From: a virus
Lineage: Duplodnaviria > Caudoviricetes
Virus record (IMG/VR): IMGVR_UViG_2814123268_000002
Coordinates: 12,973-76,972 of that record
DNA length: 64,000 bases
Direction: 5' to 3' (one strand)
In this document: positions 28,929 through 38,892 of the stretch, piece by piece
How positions within the stretch are numbered: the stretch's first letter is position 1
Layout of the letters: every line of letters begins with the position of its first letter
The notes under the pieces: model-generated
Database searches by the model: none
What the model was told of the DNA's origin: nothing
Seen by the model: the letters and a program-made list of their open reading frames with translations, nothing else
Made by a program: the position numbers and the translations under genes

Positions 28929-29153
28929 ATGAGTAACGTTGATTTTTCTACCGAAGCGACCATTGAAGCCTTAACGCACGAAGTCACCTGCCTGAAAGCG
29001 ACCCTGACCGAGATGCTCAAGGCGATGGGCCAGGCTGACGCCGGTAAAGTGATCATCAACATGGAAAAATACGCCGCCCGCATCGAGGATCAGGAGCAAT
29101 CTGACGCCTTTAAGAAAACCATGGCGCAGATCAAGCACGTCTATCGTCAGTAA
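28929..29153 (+). CDS. yecF: DUF2594 family protein
   Basis: EVTCLKATLTEMLKAMGQADAGKVIINMEK; divergent from uvrY. Confidence 0.8.
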   Translation: MSNVDFSTEATIEALTHEVTCLKATLTEMLKAMGQADAGKVIINMEKYAARIEDQEQSDAFKKTMAQIKHVYRQ

Positions 29154-29264
29154 CCGATTCCCGCCGATAACCGGGCGGAGCTCCCCGGCACTGCGGGTAT
29201 CGTTGTCAATGACGCGCCCTGTTCAGGGGGATTCTCCGCCCCCCCCGCAAAGGAGTGCCGCGCA

Positions 29265-29580
29265 ATGGGACTCACCCTCAAAGCGCCGATCGGCGCACTG
29301 GCAGTAGCTTTCGCGCAGCAAAAGCTACTATCTGGCAAGACTGGTGCCCATGTTCCCCACCTTCGCGCTGATCGCACACTACATCGTAGATCATGAACAC
29401 AGCCTTGACACCCTGCGCCGCACGATCCTGTTCGGCATCTGGACCACCATTCCCTATCTTGTCTACCTGCTCTCGCTGTACCTGCTGCTTCCCCATATTC
29501 GTCTCTCCCTGGCACTGCTGGGCGCCATCGTCGCCTAGGGGATCGCCGCCACGCTGCTGATCCTGCGGTGAGTGCATTGA
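29265..29580 (+). pseudogene. GlpM/YdgC-family membrane protein pseudogene
   Basis: MGLTLKA... then PMFPTFALIAHYIV...TIPYLVYLLSL in another frame; premature TAG 29536-29538. Confidence 0.7.
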
Positions 29581-29599
29581 GCCACGCTCCCATCAGAAA

Positions 29600-30060
29600 C
29601 GCGACGCGGCAGGCGCCATATGCGATCTTGATGTACCTGCCCCGAAATTGCCGTATTGGCCAGGGTCATGCCCATCGCCTGTAGCTGCTCTCCGAAAAAC
29701 CACGGCAGCTCGCCCGGCATATAGCCGATCGCTGACGTTTACCGGTCGGCGCTATCGGGGAAGCCGCAAGGACATCTCTCCGCTGCGGGCTATCCCCCTG
29801 AGCAAGAGTGAGAATCACCTCTGGACCATGACAAATGGCGATCAGATAGCGATCGCGGCGCATGGTCCAGCGGATCGTCTCCGCCACATCGACGTCAGAA
29901 GGCTGGCTGAGAAGCGTGCCGGGAATAAATACGCCGACGTAATCCTGCTCTTCCGCCGTCAACACTGGCAGAACATCCCACAGACGATGCAGGCGATGAA
30001 ACTGAGGCTGATAACGCTGATACAGCACCTGAATCGACGTGGCCCCTGCCCCAAAGCCCG
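29600..30060 (-). pseudogene. HchA (Hsp31, DJ-1/PfpI) remnant
   Basis: DYVGVFIPG (GHG missing)...[30 protein letters not shown] fragments across frames. Confidence 0.6.
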
Positions 30061-30231
30061 GTACCGATCAAAAAGCCACATATAGTGCTTCTATACTGAA
30101 CAAACCACTAGAGACCTACCTCCTCACAGGGCTCGAAGTTCAACATTATGCTCTTGGACTACATCATTAAGACTGAAGAAAATGCCAAAATCATGAGCAA
30201 AAAACACAAAAAAATGATTATTTTTTGTACG

Positions 30232-30266
30232 GTTTTGAGGAAGAGTTTTGGGGAAGTTTTGGGGAA
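30232..30266. repeat. 3x GTTTTG(A/G)GGAA arm-type repeats; a further copy at 30617-30627
   Basis: Copies at 30232, 30245, 30256 and 30617 flank the icd fragment. Confidence 0.65.
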
Positions 30267-30333
30267 AGATGTGCAGATCAAAAAGCCAACATAAAATTAA
30301 CAATTTATGTTGGCCATATGTTAACAGAAAAAA

Positions 30334-30500
30334 TCACATATTGTCGATGATCGCGTCGCCAAACTCAGAGCATTTCAGCAACTTAGCGCCATCCATCAGA
30401 CGTTCGAAGTCATAGGTCACGGTCTTATTGGCGATCGCCCCTTCCATACCTTTAACAATCAGGTCCGCCGCTTCCGTCCAGCCCATGTGACGCAGCAGTA
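30334..30500 (-). pseudogene. icd: Duplicated 3' end of isocitrate dehydrogenase (icd'), att scar of prophage 2
   Basis: [54 protein letters not shown]; same arrangement as e14 / phage 21 insertions. Confidence 0.92.
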
Positions 30501-30682
30501 TATGAATCAAATCATGTTAATCAACTGAAATTAAAATAGTTTTTCCATCATTTAGGCCCAAAAATCGGTAAAGTCCCATGATCACAAATCGCAGCAATTA
30601 CATATAGTTAGATTCGGTTTTGGGGAATAGAATTTCCCCGATCTGAGCCGGGGATGTGTTGTGTACATTGCCTGTATACCGC

Positions 30683-31261
30683 TTACATAATGCGTGGCCT
30701 TTGGCCTGGCAGTAGCCGCTCATTAAGCGATCGTTCAACGTATGACAGGAAAGCGGCGCCATCGATAAATCTGTCGTACAGCCTTCCGGCAATCGGTGAC
30801 TCCAGCTGGCGCAGGGCGGGATATATCCGCTCCCTCCATGCTGAGAAAATCTCCCGATAATGCAGGCTCAGTGCATTGATGTTGTAGGCGTCGATCTCTT
30901 CCCGGCTGATGGCCTTTTTTATAACGGTTGATTTTTTAATCAACCGTCTCTCGCAATCGATAAAATAGCGGCGGATCTGACGGCCCCTCTCGTTACGTTC
31001 AACCATCGCAAGCTCTTTAGCGGTGTCGAGAGTAAGGTGATAATCAGTAGTTGGGCGACCTCGTTTTATTATTTCCCGATTTTGGGAAATAATAATATAG
31101 TCTTGATTTTCAACAAATTCATACTCTGCAATGCGTTCGGTCACCCATGAGGCAAAGCGTTTGCCCACACCGAGAAACTTGTGCAGATCACGAGCGTTGC
31201 AAAGTAATGTGGATTCGTTAGAAATGGTTCCGTTAAAAACGGGGATGAGCTGAGTAGTCAT
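30683..31261 (-). CDS. AntA/AntB antirepressor family protein
   Basis: CNARDLHKFLGV, DYHLTLDTAKELAMVERNERGRQIRRYFI. Confidence 0.9.
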   Translation of the reverse strand: MTTQLIPVFNGTISNESTLLCNARDLHKFLGVGKRFASWVTERIAEYEFVENQDYIIISQNREIIKRGRPTTDYHLTLDTAKELAMVERNERGRQIRRYFIDCERRLIKKSTVIKKAISREEIDAYNINALSLHYREIFSAWRERIYPALRQLESPIAGRLYDRFIDGAAFLSYVERSLNERLLPGQRPRIM

Positions 31262-31495
31262 GACGACCTCGTGAATTTCTTTGAGATAACCACTTTTGAG
31301 GGTGGTGCCGGGAGGCTCAAAACGGCTTCACGAAACCGCGGACTTATTCCCCATAAGGGTGTTGTATTCGTCGCCCTCCCGACATTGATCGGGGTGTGAC
31401 CGCGCATAGCGCCATCACTAAACAACAGGCATAAAAAATCCAACACTGACGGGGTTGGTCTTAGCCGCGTGAAAAGAGGTTTTGAGTCCTCATGG
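31262..31495 (-). ncRNA. c4/P4-CI-like structured leader upstream of the AntA gene
   Basis: GAGGCTCAAAACGGCTTCACG is complementary to CGCGTGAA...GGTTTTGAGTCCT; terminator-like element between them. Confidence 0.5.
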
Positions 31496-31708
31496 TGGAG
31501 TATAGTCAGTATTGGATTACAGAGTCAACCATGCATATGCCCGATACCCTCTTTGAACGCGGCAGCACGCTTACCGGTGAAACCCATGACCAGAAAGACG
31601 AAGCCGTCTTTGGTCATTTCGTAGTATTTGGAGTCCCGGTTTACCGCGCCAGCCTGGATGTTTTTCACGTGGGCTGAAAATTCAGCCGACGCAAATTCCG
31701 GGGAGCAA

Positions 31709-33023
31709 GAGCCTGTACATAAATTTGTGTAATTGCCTGATTTTGATATGTTCAATCCAACATCAAAAGCAGGTTACTTTATGAACGAAAAACAGTTGCA
31801 GGCTCTGGCTAACGAACTGGCCAAAAATCTCAAAACCCCTGACGATCTCAGTCAGTTCGATCGCCTGCTGAAGAAAATCAGCGTTGAGGCGGCTCTCAAC
31901 GCCGAAATGTCCCACCATCTGGGCTACGATAAAAATCAGCCTAAACCGGGTGCCAACTCCCGCAATGGCTATTCCACAAAGACCGTTACCACCGGTGATG
32001 GCCCTCTGGAACTACGCACGCCGCGTGATCGTGATGGCTCTTTCGAACCGCAACTGGTGAAGAAAAACCAGACCCGGATCACCGGTATGGATAACCAGAT
32101 TTTATCGTTGTACGCCAAAGGGATGACCACCCGCGAGATAGCGGCCGCGTTCAAAGAGCTGTATGACGCTGATGTCTCACCGGCGCTGGTCTCGAAGGTC
32201 ACCGACGCCGTAATGGAGCAGGTTACCGAATGGCAGAATCGTCCACTGGATGCAGTCTATCCCATTGTTTACCTTGACTGTATCGTCCTGAAGGTCCGGC
32301 AGGACAGTCGCGTCATTAATAAATCCGTGTTCCTTGCCCTGGGTATCAACCTCGAAGGCCAGAAAGAACTGCTGGGTATGTGGCTGGCCGAAAACGAAGG
32401 CGCGAAGTTCTGGCTCAATGTGCTGACAGAGCTGAAGAATCGCGGCCTGAACGATATCCTCATCGCCTGTGTCGATGGTCTGAAAGGCTTCCCGGACGCG
32501 ATCAATACGGTGTATCCGGAAGCCCGCATCCAGCTGTGCATCGTGCATATGGTGCGTAACAGCCTGCGGTTCGTCTCCTGGAAGGACTACAAAGCCGTCA
32601 CCCGCGACCTGAAAGCCATTTATCAGGCCCCCACGGAAGACGCAGGGCAGCAGGCGCTGGAAGCGTTCGCCAGCGCATGGGACAACCGCTACCCGCAGAT
32701 AAGCCGTAGCTGGCAGACAAACTGGGCTAACCTGGCGACGTTCTTCGCTTACCCGGCAGACATCCGCAAGGTGATCTACACAACGAATGCTATCGAGTCG
32801 CTGAACAGCGTGATCCGGCATGCCATCAAAAAGCGTAAGGTGTTCCCGACGGACGAAGCAGTGAAAAAGGTGGTGTGGTTAGCGATCCAGGCGGCATCAC
32901 AGAAATGGACCATGCCGCTGAGGGACTGGCGTATGGCAATGAGCCGCTTTATTATCGAGTTCGGTGATCGTCTGGACGGTCACTTCTGAGAAAAGGCATT
33001 TACACAGAATCGTGTACAGGGTC
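31709..33023 (+). mobile_element. IS256-family element (IS285-like, 1315 bp), copy 1
   Basis: IRs GAGCCTGTACATAAATTTGTGTAA / TTACACAGAATCGTGTACAGGGTC; 8-bp TSD GGGAGCAA. Confidence 0.95.
31781..32989 (+). CDS. IS256-family transposase
   Basis: PRDRDGSFEP, IVYLDC, DGLKGF, YTTNAIES. Confidence 0.95.
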   Translation: MNEKQLQALANELAKNLKTPDDLSQFDRLLKKISVEAALNAEMSHHLGYDKNQPKPGANSRNGYSTKTVTTGDGPLELRTPRDRDGSFEPQLVKKNQTRITGMDNQILSLYAKGMTTREIAAAFKELYDADVSPALVSKVTDAVMEQVTEWQNRPLDAVYPIVYLDCIVLKVRQDSRVINKSVFLALGINLEGQKELLGMWLAENEGAKFWLNVLTELKNRGLNDILIACVDGLKGFPDAINTVYPEARIQLCIVHMVRNSLRFVSWKDYKAVTRDLKAIYQAPTEDAGQQALEAFASAWDNRYPQISRSWQTNWANLATFFAYPADIRKVIYTTNAIESLNSVIRHAIKKRKVFPTDEAVKKVVWLAIQAASQKWTMPLRDWRMAMSRFIIEFGDRLDGHF

Positions 33024-33165
33024 GGGAGCAATCCAGCGTTTCAATCTTCTGGATAACGTTCTTGTGCTGCTTGCCAAAGAACTCAGCCACCGCAGTGGAC
33101 GTGGTGATGGGGCGGTGGTTTCGGATGATGACACTGGGGGTATGTACAGAAAGCTGATGGGTCAT

Positions 33166-33395
33166 TTTTCTGTGTCCTTTGTATTTGTTCAGATTTTCCC
33201 TGTGTTCAGCAGGGCGGTCGGGTACTTGAACACCGTACAAAGATCGGCCAGCAGTTTTCCCCTTGCGGGTGTTGTATGGTCTGCTCGCTACCCGGCCATA
33301 TCTGAAAGTATGGACACAAAAAATCCGCATGGCTGTCGGGTGCGGAGGCCGCTTTGTAAGGTGTGTTCAGCACCTGAGCGGACTATACCCCCGGC
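33166..33395 (-). ncRNA. c4/CI-like structured leader upstream of the Rha gene
   Basis: TGAACACCGTACAAAG...CGGCC is complementary to GGCCGCTTTGTAAGGTGTGTTCA. Confidence 0.5.
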
Positions 33396-33429
33396 ATCGC
33401 GGATAAAACTAATTCCGATTTATGATACT

Positions 33430-33978
33430 TTACTTATAAATCATAGAAGTGCAATAACTCTTCCAGCCCTGACCACACAGAGCCCCATTTGGCCCGCCAC
33501 GCTCGATTAGCCTAATCCGCCCCGGCCGCAACGAAAAGCTTTCCGCTGCTGCAACTCGACTCTGCATCTGTTGAATTGTCATGTCCGTTAACCCGGAGAA
33601 ATCCAACAGATTAATATCCTTGCTCCCCTCCAGCTCTGTCATATGGTCAAACACCTGGGCCTGCAGCTCGTAGCTATAGCTCATGGCCATCAGGCAAGCC
33701 TCACGCTTGGGAAAGCTATAAACCTGGCGCGTAGCCTGAGCCCCGTTGCCCGCAACGTAGGTATCATCAGCCAAAAATTTGGCCGATGTTTCCCCTAGGA
33801 CTTTAGGGACCTTGGCGAGGAAATGCTTATGCTGCAGCTTGCGATACTTCTTGCTAGGGAACGAAACACCATCAGCCCGAGCTTTTGATCTCCGATCAGC
33901 ATTAATGTAATCGACCATCTCTAAACTGCTCATGGTCGGGGTTTCGCTATTGGGTAATGTGACTACAGATTTATTCAT
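33430..33978 (-). CDS. Rha-like DNA-binding / antirepressor protein
   Basis: TMSSLEMVDYIN, HKHFLAKVPKVLG, YSFPKREACLMAMSYSYELQA. Confidence 0.75.
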   Translation of the reverse strand: MNKSVVTLPNSETPTMSSLEMVDYINADRRSKARADGVSFPSKKYRKLQHKHFLAKVPKVLGETSAKFLADDTYVAGNGAQATRQVYSFPKREACLMAMSYSYELQAQVFDHMTELEGSKDINLLDFSGLTDMTIQQMQSRVAAAESFSLRPGRIRLIERGGPNGALCGQGWKSYCTSMIYK

Positions 33979-33990
33979 ATCGATAGTTAC

Positions 33991-34165
33991 CTTATAGAAA
34001 CAAGCCTCGTTGCCCAGAAACGCCGCCCACAGAGAGGTCGCCACCTATAACGGCGGTTCTCCGAGGCCTGTTTCTATAAGGCTCTGTGTGATTGTTTGCG
34101 CCGGACATGGCGCAGATATAAAAAAACCACCAACGCGGTAAGCGTCAGTGGCTTATTGATACTGT
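33991..34165 (-). ncRNA. Structured leader RNA, copy A (near-duplicate of 44921-45085)
   Basis: 19-bp closing stem 33991-34009 / 34062-34080, inner hairpins, upstream terminator. Confidence 0.65.
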
Positions 34166-34244
34166 CTCCATTGATGACTGCTCCCCGCTCTGAAGACCGA
34201 GGTTTCCCGGGGGCATTCTGATGATCACTCAGTCTATCTTCAGA

Positions 34245-35261
34245 CTACTTAATAGGGGCCGTTGCCTCAATAGACATCCGGTATCCGCCTGAGCGTGTTC
34301 CTCTGGCCACCACACGATCGATGGACATCGCACCCGCCATACCATTCGGAAACGACTCATCCAGCGTGATGGGGCTTTCTGCCGCCAGATACGGATCACC
34401 CGGGACATCCAGAGTGATCCGCCTTTTTTCCCTCACGTTCTTTCGACTGTATCCCGCCAGTGCCTGCCGTGCCTGCTGCTCATTGATATACAGGGCAGGC
34501 AGACGTCGGTAGGGTGAGCGCCCTGACTTCACTTCATGCACCGTGCCAGTTGCATCATCCTGCCATCGGGCAATCATGCCGCCAGCGCTGTGTCGCTGAG
34601 GCATATCCAGCTCGCAGTTAATAAAACGCGGGGTGCCGGGACGATTATCCGGAGGAACCCGCAGCGTCACCGGCTCCATCTCTTTGCCACTGATCGTCGT
34701 CGTCCGCCCACGTAAGGCCAGCACATACAGACCATCCATCGGCTTTGCCACGGCATCGAACTCCTTGGCCAGGCGTGTCAGGAAAGCAGCATCCGTTTCA
34801 TCGGTCTGATCGACATGCCCCAATGGGATGGCATCAAGTTCGGGATCAACACGCGGCGTCATGTCATGCGCCTGCACCACCTCCCGGAACAACTGCCCTA
34901 ACGTCGGGGAATCCCAGCTGCGAGTGCGCCGCTCCTTAAAGCCTGTCTCATCTTTTCCGGTGAAAGGAGCCGACGTGGCGACGATGGTTAACCTGCGCGG
35001 AAACAGTCGTGGCGTGATACGGGTGATCGTAAAGTCCCCGATGCGTACCGCCCCTATCTCCTGATACCCCTCAAACCACGTCAGCCGCTGCCCCTCCTCT
35101 GGGAGTCCATCAACGCCTTCGACGTTAACCACCAGTGTCAGCTGGTCACTCTGATGACCGGAAGCATCGACACGATCAAATGACTCCAAGCGGGCATTGA
35201 TCATCTTACTCCCCGGCCCCTCACAGTAATGCACCGGTGTGGTACCCAGTCTCAGCTCCAT
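34245..35261 (-). CDS. Late control / baseplate hub protein (P2 gpD-like)
   Basis: SDQLTL, HVDQTDETDAAFLTRLA. Confidence 0.85.
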   Translation of the reverse strand: MELRLGTTPVHYCEGPGSKMINARLESFDRVDASGHQSDQLTLVVNVEGVDGLPEEGQRLTWFEGYQEIGAVRIGDFTITRITPRLFPRRLTIVATSAPFTGKDETGFKERRTRSWDSPTLGQLFREVVQAHDMTPRVDPELDAIPLGHVDQTDETDAAFLTRLAKEFDAVAKPMDGLYVLALRGRTTTISGKEMEPVTLRVPPDNRPGTPRFINCELDMPQRHSAGGMIARWQDDATGTVHEVKSGRSPYRRLPALYINEQQARQALAGYSRKNVREKRRITLDVPGDPYLAAESPITLDESFPNGMAGAMSIDRVVARGTRSGGYRMSIEATAPIK

Positions 35262-35458
35262 ACCCCCTCCCTTTCCTTCGGCGCACTGGGTGGCGCCTCC
35301 GGCATCGTAATCACCACCCCGGCGGGCAGTATCAGGCCATAGTCATGCAGGTGTGGATTCAGCCTGTAGACTCTCTCCTCAATGGCATCATCATCCCGGC
35401 CAAGCAAGCGCCAGGTCAGCAGCCCTACCGTATCGCCATCTGCTGTCCGGACTCTCAT
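35252..35458 (-). CDS. Tail protein X (LysM-like)
   Basis: RTADGDTV, LNPHL, LPAGVVITMP. Confidence 0.88.
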   Translation of the reverse strand: MRVRTADGDTVGLLTWRLLGRDDDAIEERVYRLNPHLHDYGLILPAGVVITMPEAPPSAPKEREGVWS

Positions 35459-35928
35459 CGGCGCTGACTCCCCAGTGATGGATTGGCAAACTCACACAGC
35501 GAGATCGTAATATCCTGCACCACACAGGTTCCGTTATGGATCATCTGCTCCCCCTTCACCTCAAACGTCCGCAGGACATACTGTCCATAGCTTGAGCCAT
35601 CCCCACGAACCAGAGTGCGGGGCCTGGCCTCATCACGGATCTTTTTCAGGTTTTCGATCTGCATCTCGCCATCGGTTGAGTACCAACGGCCTGTGAATGT
35701 GACCGTATCCAGCTTACGCCCTGTCTGTTGCAAGAGAGGCAGCTCATTTAACAGCGGGACCTCCACCCAGCCGCCATCCAGGCTACGGGAAATACCGCTA
35801 AGCGGGTTGCCTCCGGACATAGAGAAGTTATAGTCACCCCAGCTAAACTGCTTATCTGGTTTGGCCATCGCTTGGTTTAAAAATAAACCGGCGCCCAGAT
35901 TGGCCAGAAATGAGGTTGAAATGGCCAT
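35455..35928 (-). CDS. Tail protein (P2 gpU-like)
   Basis: LQQTG, LVRGDGSSYGQY; between TMP and X. Confidence 0.8.
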   Translation of the reverse strand: MAISTSFLANLGAGLFLNQAMAKPDKQFSWGDYNFSMSGGNPLSGISRSLDGGWVEVPLLNELPLLQQTGRKLDTVTFTGRWYSTDGEMQIENLKKIRDEARPRTLVRGDGSSYGQYVLRTFEVKGEQMIHNGTCVVQDITISLCEFANPSLGSQRR

Positions 35929-38726
35929 CAGTCACTCCCTAACCCAGCCAGGCTGGCATCCGTGCGGGTATGCAGCGATAGGCTGCTGGACATCAGCGAT
36001 GGCAAAAGGGTAGACAATTGGGCCTTGATTTTTTCCACCAGCGCGTTGTCCTGTTCCGGATCACCACTGGCTCTGACGTCAAAGCGCAGATCAAACTTAT
36101 TGGAGATATCTGTCTGATTGGTCTCCTGCTTGATGACCTCTTTAACGGGATCCGCACCGTTGGCCAGCGCAGTTTTATCCTTGGAAAACCACTGTCCGAC
36201 CTTATCTCCGATAATATTACCGAGTTCCCCGCCGCCCCAGGAGCCAAGCACGCCGCCGATAGCAGCCCCAATAGCGGTGCCAATAACAGGAACCAGCGAA
36301 CCAATAGCGGCTCCAGCTGCTGCTCCCGCCCAGCCACCAGCCACACCGCCAACGATATCACCGGCAGCCCCGCCAATGGCTGCAGTGTTACCCGTATTAG
36401 CAGCTCCATAAAGCTCACTGCCTGCTGAGATAAGACCGAGAGGCCGTATCACCTTCCCTGCCACCCGGCCTGCCGATTTACCGCCAGACACCAATAGCGA
36501 GGCTGCACCACCACCGACATCAGCCACATCCTGAACAGCCGCAGATGCTTGCGCCTGCTTTGGCAGCATCATCAATCCGGCACCTACGCCAAGCAGTCCC
36601 GCACCACGCCCCCATCGCCCAAGCCTACGACGACGATGAGAACCGGCATTCGCAATCCGCTCTTCAGCCTCACGTAGCCGACCGAGGCGCGATCGGCCAC
36701 GCCCACGGCGCCCGCCGCGTCCCCCGACACCGGGTAGCCCACCGGCACCACTCATGCGATCCAGTTGCCTATTAACAGCAGCCAGCGCGCGCGCTGCAGC
36801 CGAACCTGAGCGGGTAGTGTGGTCAGTCTGCCCACCCAGCTTGGCCCTCATGATCCGGCCTGCCTGGAATAAATCACTGAAAATGGACTTCACGCCCTTA
36901 AAGACGATCATACCCGCCTTTAAGGCAACCAAACCGGCACCCGCTTTAACCAGCCAGCCGGCCGTTTCTCTGGCTGCCGATGAGGTCTCCATCAGCTTTG
37001 CGCCGGACGCGGCCAAATCAGACAGCGGCTGTACGACCCCATCCATCAACGGCAGGAATAAATCACCAATATTAATAACAAGCCGATCAAAATTGGCACC
37101 GGCACGATCCAGCATCGCCTGGCGTGTTTTGGCTTTATTCTGGTACTCCAGCTCCATAGAGCCGGCATACGCGACCTGATCACCGGCCAGTTTCATCGCC
37201 TTACGCAGCAACTCGGTATTGGCCGTCAGCTTGCTGACCGCGCCGACCACCTCCTCCCCAAACAATTGGCTGATGACCGCCGCCTGCTTATCCTTATCCT
37301 GCCTGCCGATTTTCCCCAGCACGCTGAACAGGGTACCGCCCGCATCACGCTGCATATCCTTGGCTAAGGCAATCGGATCAAAGCCCAGCATTGCCAGTGT
37401 TTCTTTCTGTGCTTTGGTGGTGGCAAATGACTTATTCAGGCGTCCGGTGATATTTTTCATCGCCGTGGCGGTCCTTTCCTCCCCCTCACCACCCGCGATC
37501 AATGATGCTGCCAAGGCCGCTGCCTGACGGTCAGTAAAACCGGCCTTCATGGTGGTGGCACCCTGGCGCAGCATTACCCGCGCGACTTCGGCAGGCTTGG
37601 CCGCCATTTCGTTGGAGATGGCATTGGAATAGTCAGCCAGGCGCATCGCCTGATCCTGATCCAATCCCATTGATGAGCGCCACTTGGCCAGCGTACTGCC
37701 CGCCTCTTCGGCGCTCATATCCATGGCAACGGACATCTTCGCCGCATCACCGGCAAAACGCAGGAGTTGCTTAACATCTGTGGTACCGTCAGCCCGCTTA
37801 CCGATCCCTGCCTCACCCGCTGCAGCGACGATATTGGTCATCCCGACCTGATCGATACCCAACTTCCCGGCCAACCCCATCATCCCGGTCCGGGTAGCAC
37901 TTTTCTCCTGCTCATTCCGGAAGTTAACCACCTTGGTTACCCCGGCAAAGGCACTTTCATAATCGACCGCTTTCTTGGCCGCATAAATCGCCGGTGCACT
38001 GGCCGCAGCCAGCCCCAAGAGGTCACCAGCCATATCCCGGCGCGTCTGCTTATTGGCCGCCATCCTGGCCTGTGCATCAGATATCGTGCTCAGGCGCTTC
38101 TGCTGGCGATCCATCGCTGCTGTGGCCAGCTCAGTATCACGCTTCAGACGCAGCTGCTCTGCTCCGAGGGCTTTTGTATTGAGTCCGGCCTGGCTCAAAT
38201 CCCTGGCCAGTGAACCGAGACGGCGCCCCTGTCCCCCCAGAGCGTCGGTCAGCCTTTTAGCCTCGCCACCTGCGGTCTTCTGTACCCGCCCGGCGGATTT
38301 AATCTCCTTGCCTACGCGGCTATAAGCCTGCGTTAACTCAGCCACCTTTTTCGTTGTGGCGGCCAGCGCTTCCTGCTGGGCGGGTGTCGTCGGGCCGATA
38401 AAGCCCTTCATCCTCTCCAGCTGGCGTTCTGCTGCCTGCAGCTCTTTTTTATAGCCAGCCTGTTTTTCGGTCAGGGCCTTAATCGTATTCGCCGCGGTTA
38501 CCGCTTCACTCCTGGCACCCGCCAGTGCGCTTTTGGTCCCCTCCATTTCCTTACGTAGTGAGCCAAAATCACTCGCACGCTTGCTGGTACTGCCCAGCGC
38601 CTTTATCTGACGGTTGGTCCTCTCTATCTCTTTACCCAGCCGATCAGCTGCCGTACCGGCAGAGGCAAATGCCGTACTCATCTGCTCCCGGGCAGACAGG
38701 GTTACCGAGAATTTTTTATCAGCCAT
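35928..38726 (-). CDS. Tail tape measure protein (TP901 family)
   Basis: AVDYESAFAGVTKVVNF, 932 aa, Gly/Ala-rich C-terminus. Confidence 0.92.
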   Translation of the reverse strand: MADKKFSVTLSAREQMSTAFASAGTAADRLGKEIERTNRQIKALGSTSKRASDFGSLRKEMEGTKSALAGARSEAVTAANTIKALTEKQAGYKKELQAAERQLERMKGFIGPTTPAQQEALAATTKKVAELTQAYSRVGKEIKSAGRVQKTAGGEAKRLTDALGGQGRRLGSLARDLSQAGLNTKALGAEQLRLKRDTELATAAMDRQQKRLSTISDAQARMAANKQTRRDMAGDLLGLAAASAPAIYAAKKAVDYESAFAGVTKVVNFRNEQEKSATRTGMMGLAGKLGIDQVGMTNIVAAAGEAGIGKRADGTTDVKQLLRFAGDAAKMSVAMDMSAEEAGSTLAKWRSSMGLDQDQAMRLADYSNAISNEMAAKPAEVARVMLRQGATTMKAGFTDRQAAALAASLIAGGEGEERTATAMKNITGRLNKSFATTKAQKETLAMLGFDPIALAKDMQRDAGGTLFSVLGKIGRQDKDKQAAVISQLFGEEVVGAVSKLTANTELLRKAMKLAGDQVAYAGSMELEYQNKAKTRQAMLDRAGANFDRLVINIGDLFLPLMDGVVQPLSDLAASGAKLMETSSAARETAGWLVKAGAGLVALKAGMIVFKGVKSIFSDLFQAGRIMRAKLGGQTDHTTRSGSAAARALAAVNRQLDRMSGAGGLPGVGGRGGRRGRGRSRLGRLREAEERIANAGSHRRRRLGRWGRGAGLLGVGAGLMMLPKQAQASAAVQDVADVGGGAASLLVSGGKSAGRVAGKVIRPLGLISAGSELYGAANTGNTAAIGGAAGDIVGGVAGGWAGAAAGAAIGSLVPVIGTAIGAAIGGVLGSWGGGELGNIIGDKVGQWFSKDKTALANGADPVKEVIKQETNQTDISNKFDLRFDVRASGDPEQDNALVEKIKAQLSTLLPSLMSSSLSLHTRTDASLAGLGSD

Positions 38727-38892
38727 GTTGCTTTACCCCGAGTCTGGCCAGCGCCAGCTCATAACGGCGCAGGGCGGCGGGAACCCGCCAGCCCATAATC
38801 TCCTGCGTTGATACTGAGTACACCAGCGGAACCACATCGATCAGCCGTTCGACGTCACTTGGGGAAAGTAGTCCGCTGTTTCTGTCAAAAAA
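38719..38892 (-). CDS. gpE'-like -1 frameshift extension of the tail chaperone
   Basis: TTTTTTG slippery site (38892-38886); -1 frame FDRNSGLLSPSDVERLIDVVPLVY...LGVKQHG ends in TGA overlapping the TMP start. Confidence 0.65.
   Translation of the reverse strand, partial: FFDRNSGLLSPSDVERLIDVVPLVYSVSTQEIMGWRVPAALRRYELALARLGVKQHG

Larger units (their letters stand above)
31525..33165 (-). pseudogene. Rha-family regulator interrupted by IS256
   Basis: TTSTAVAEFFGKQHKNVIQKIETLDCS [IS] PEFASAEF...YYEMTKDGFVFLVMGFTGKRAA; rejoins in frame when the IS and one TSD copy are removed. Confidence 0.9.

Noticed and set aside
30334-30500. Functional icd gene
   Set aside because: Only the last ~54 codons are present; it is an integration scar
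32177-32821. 214-aa antisense ORF repeated three times
   Set aside because: Antisense shadow of the IS256 transposase; repetition reflects IS copy number
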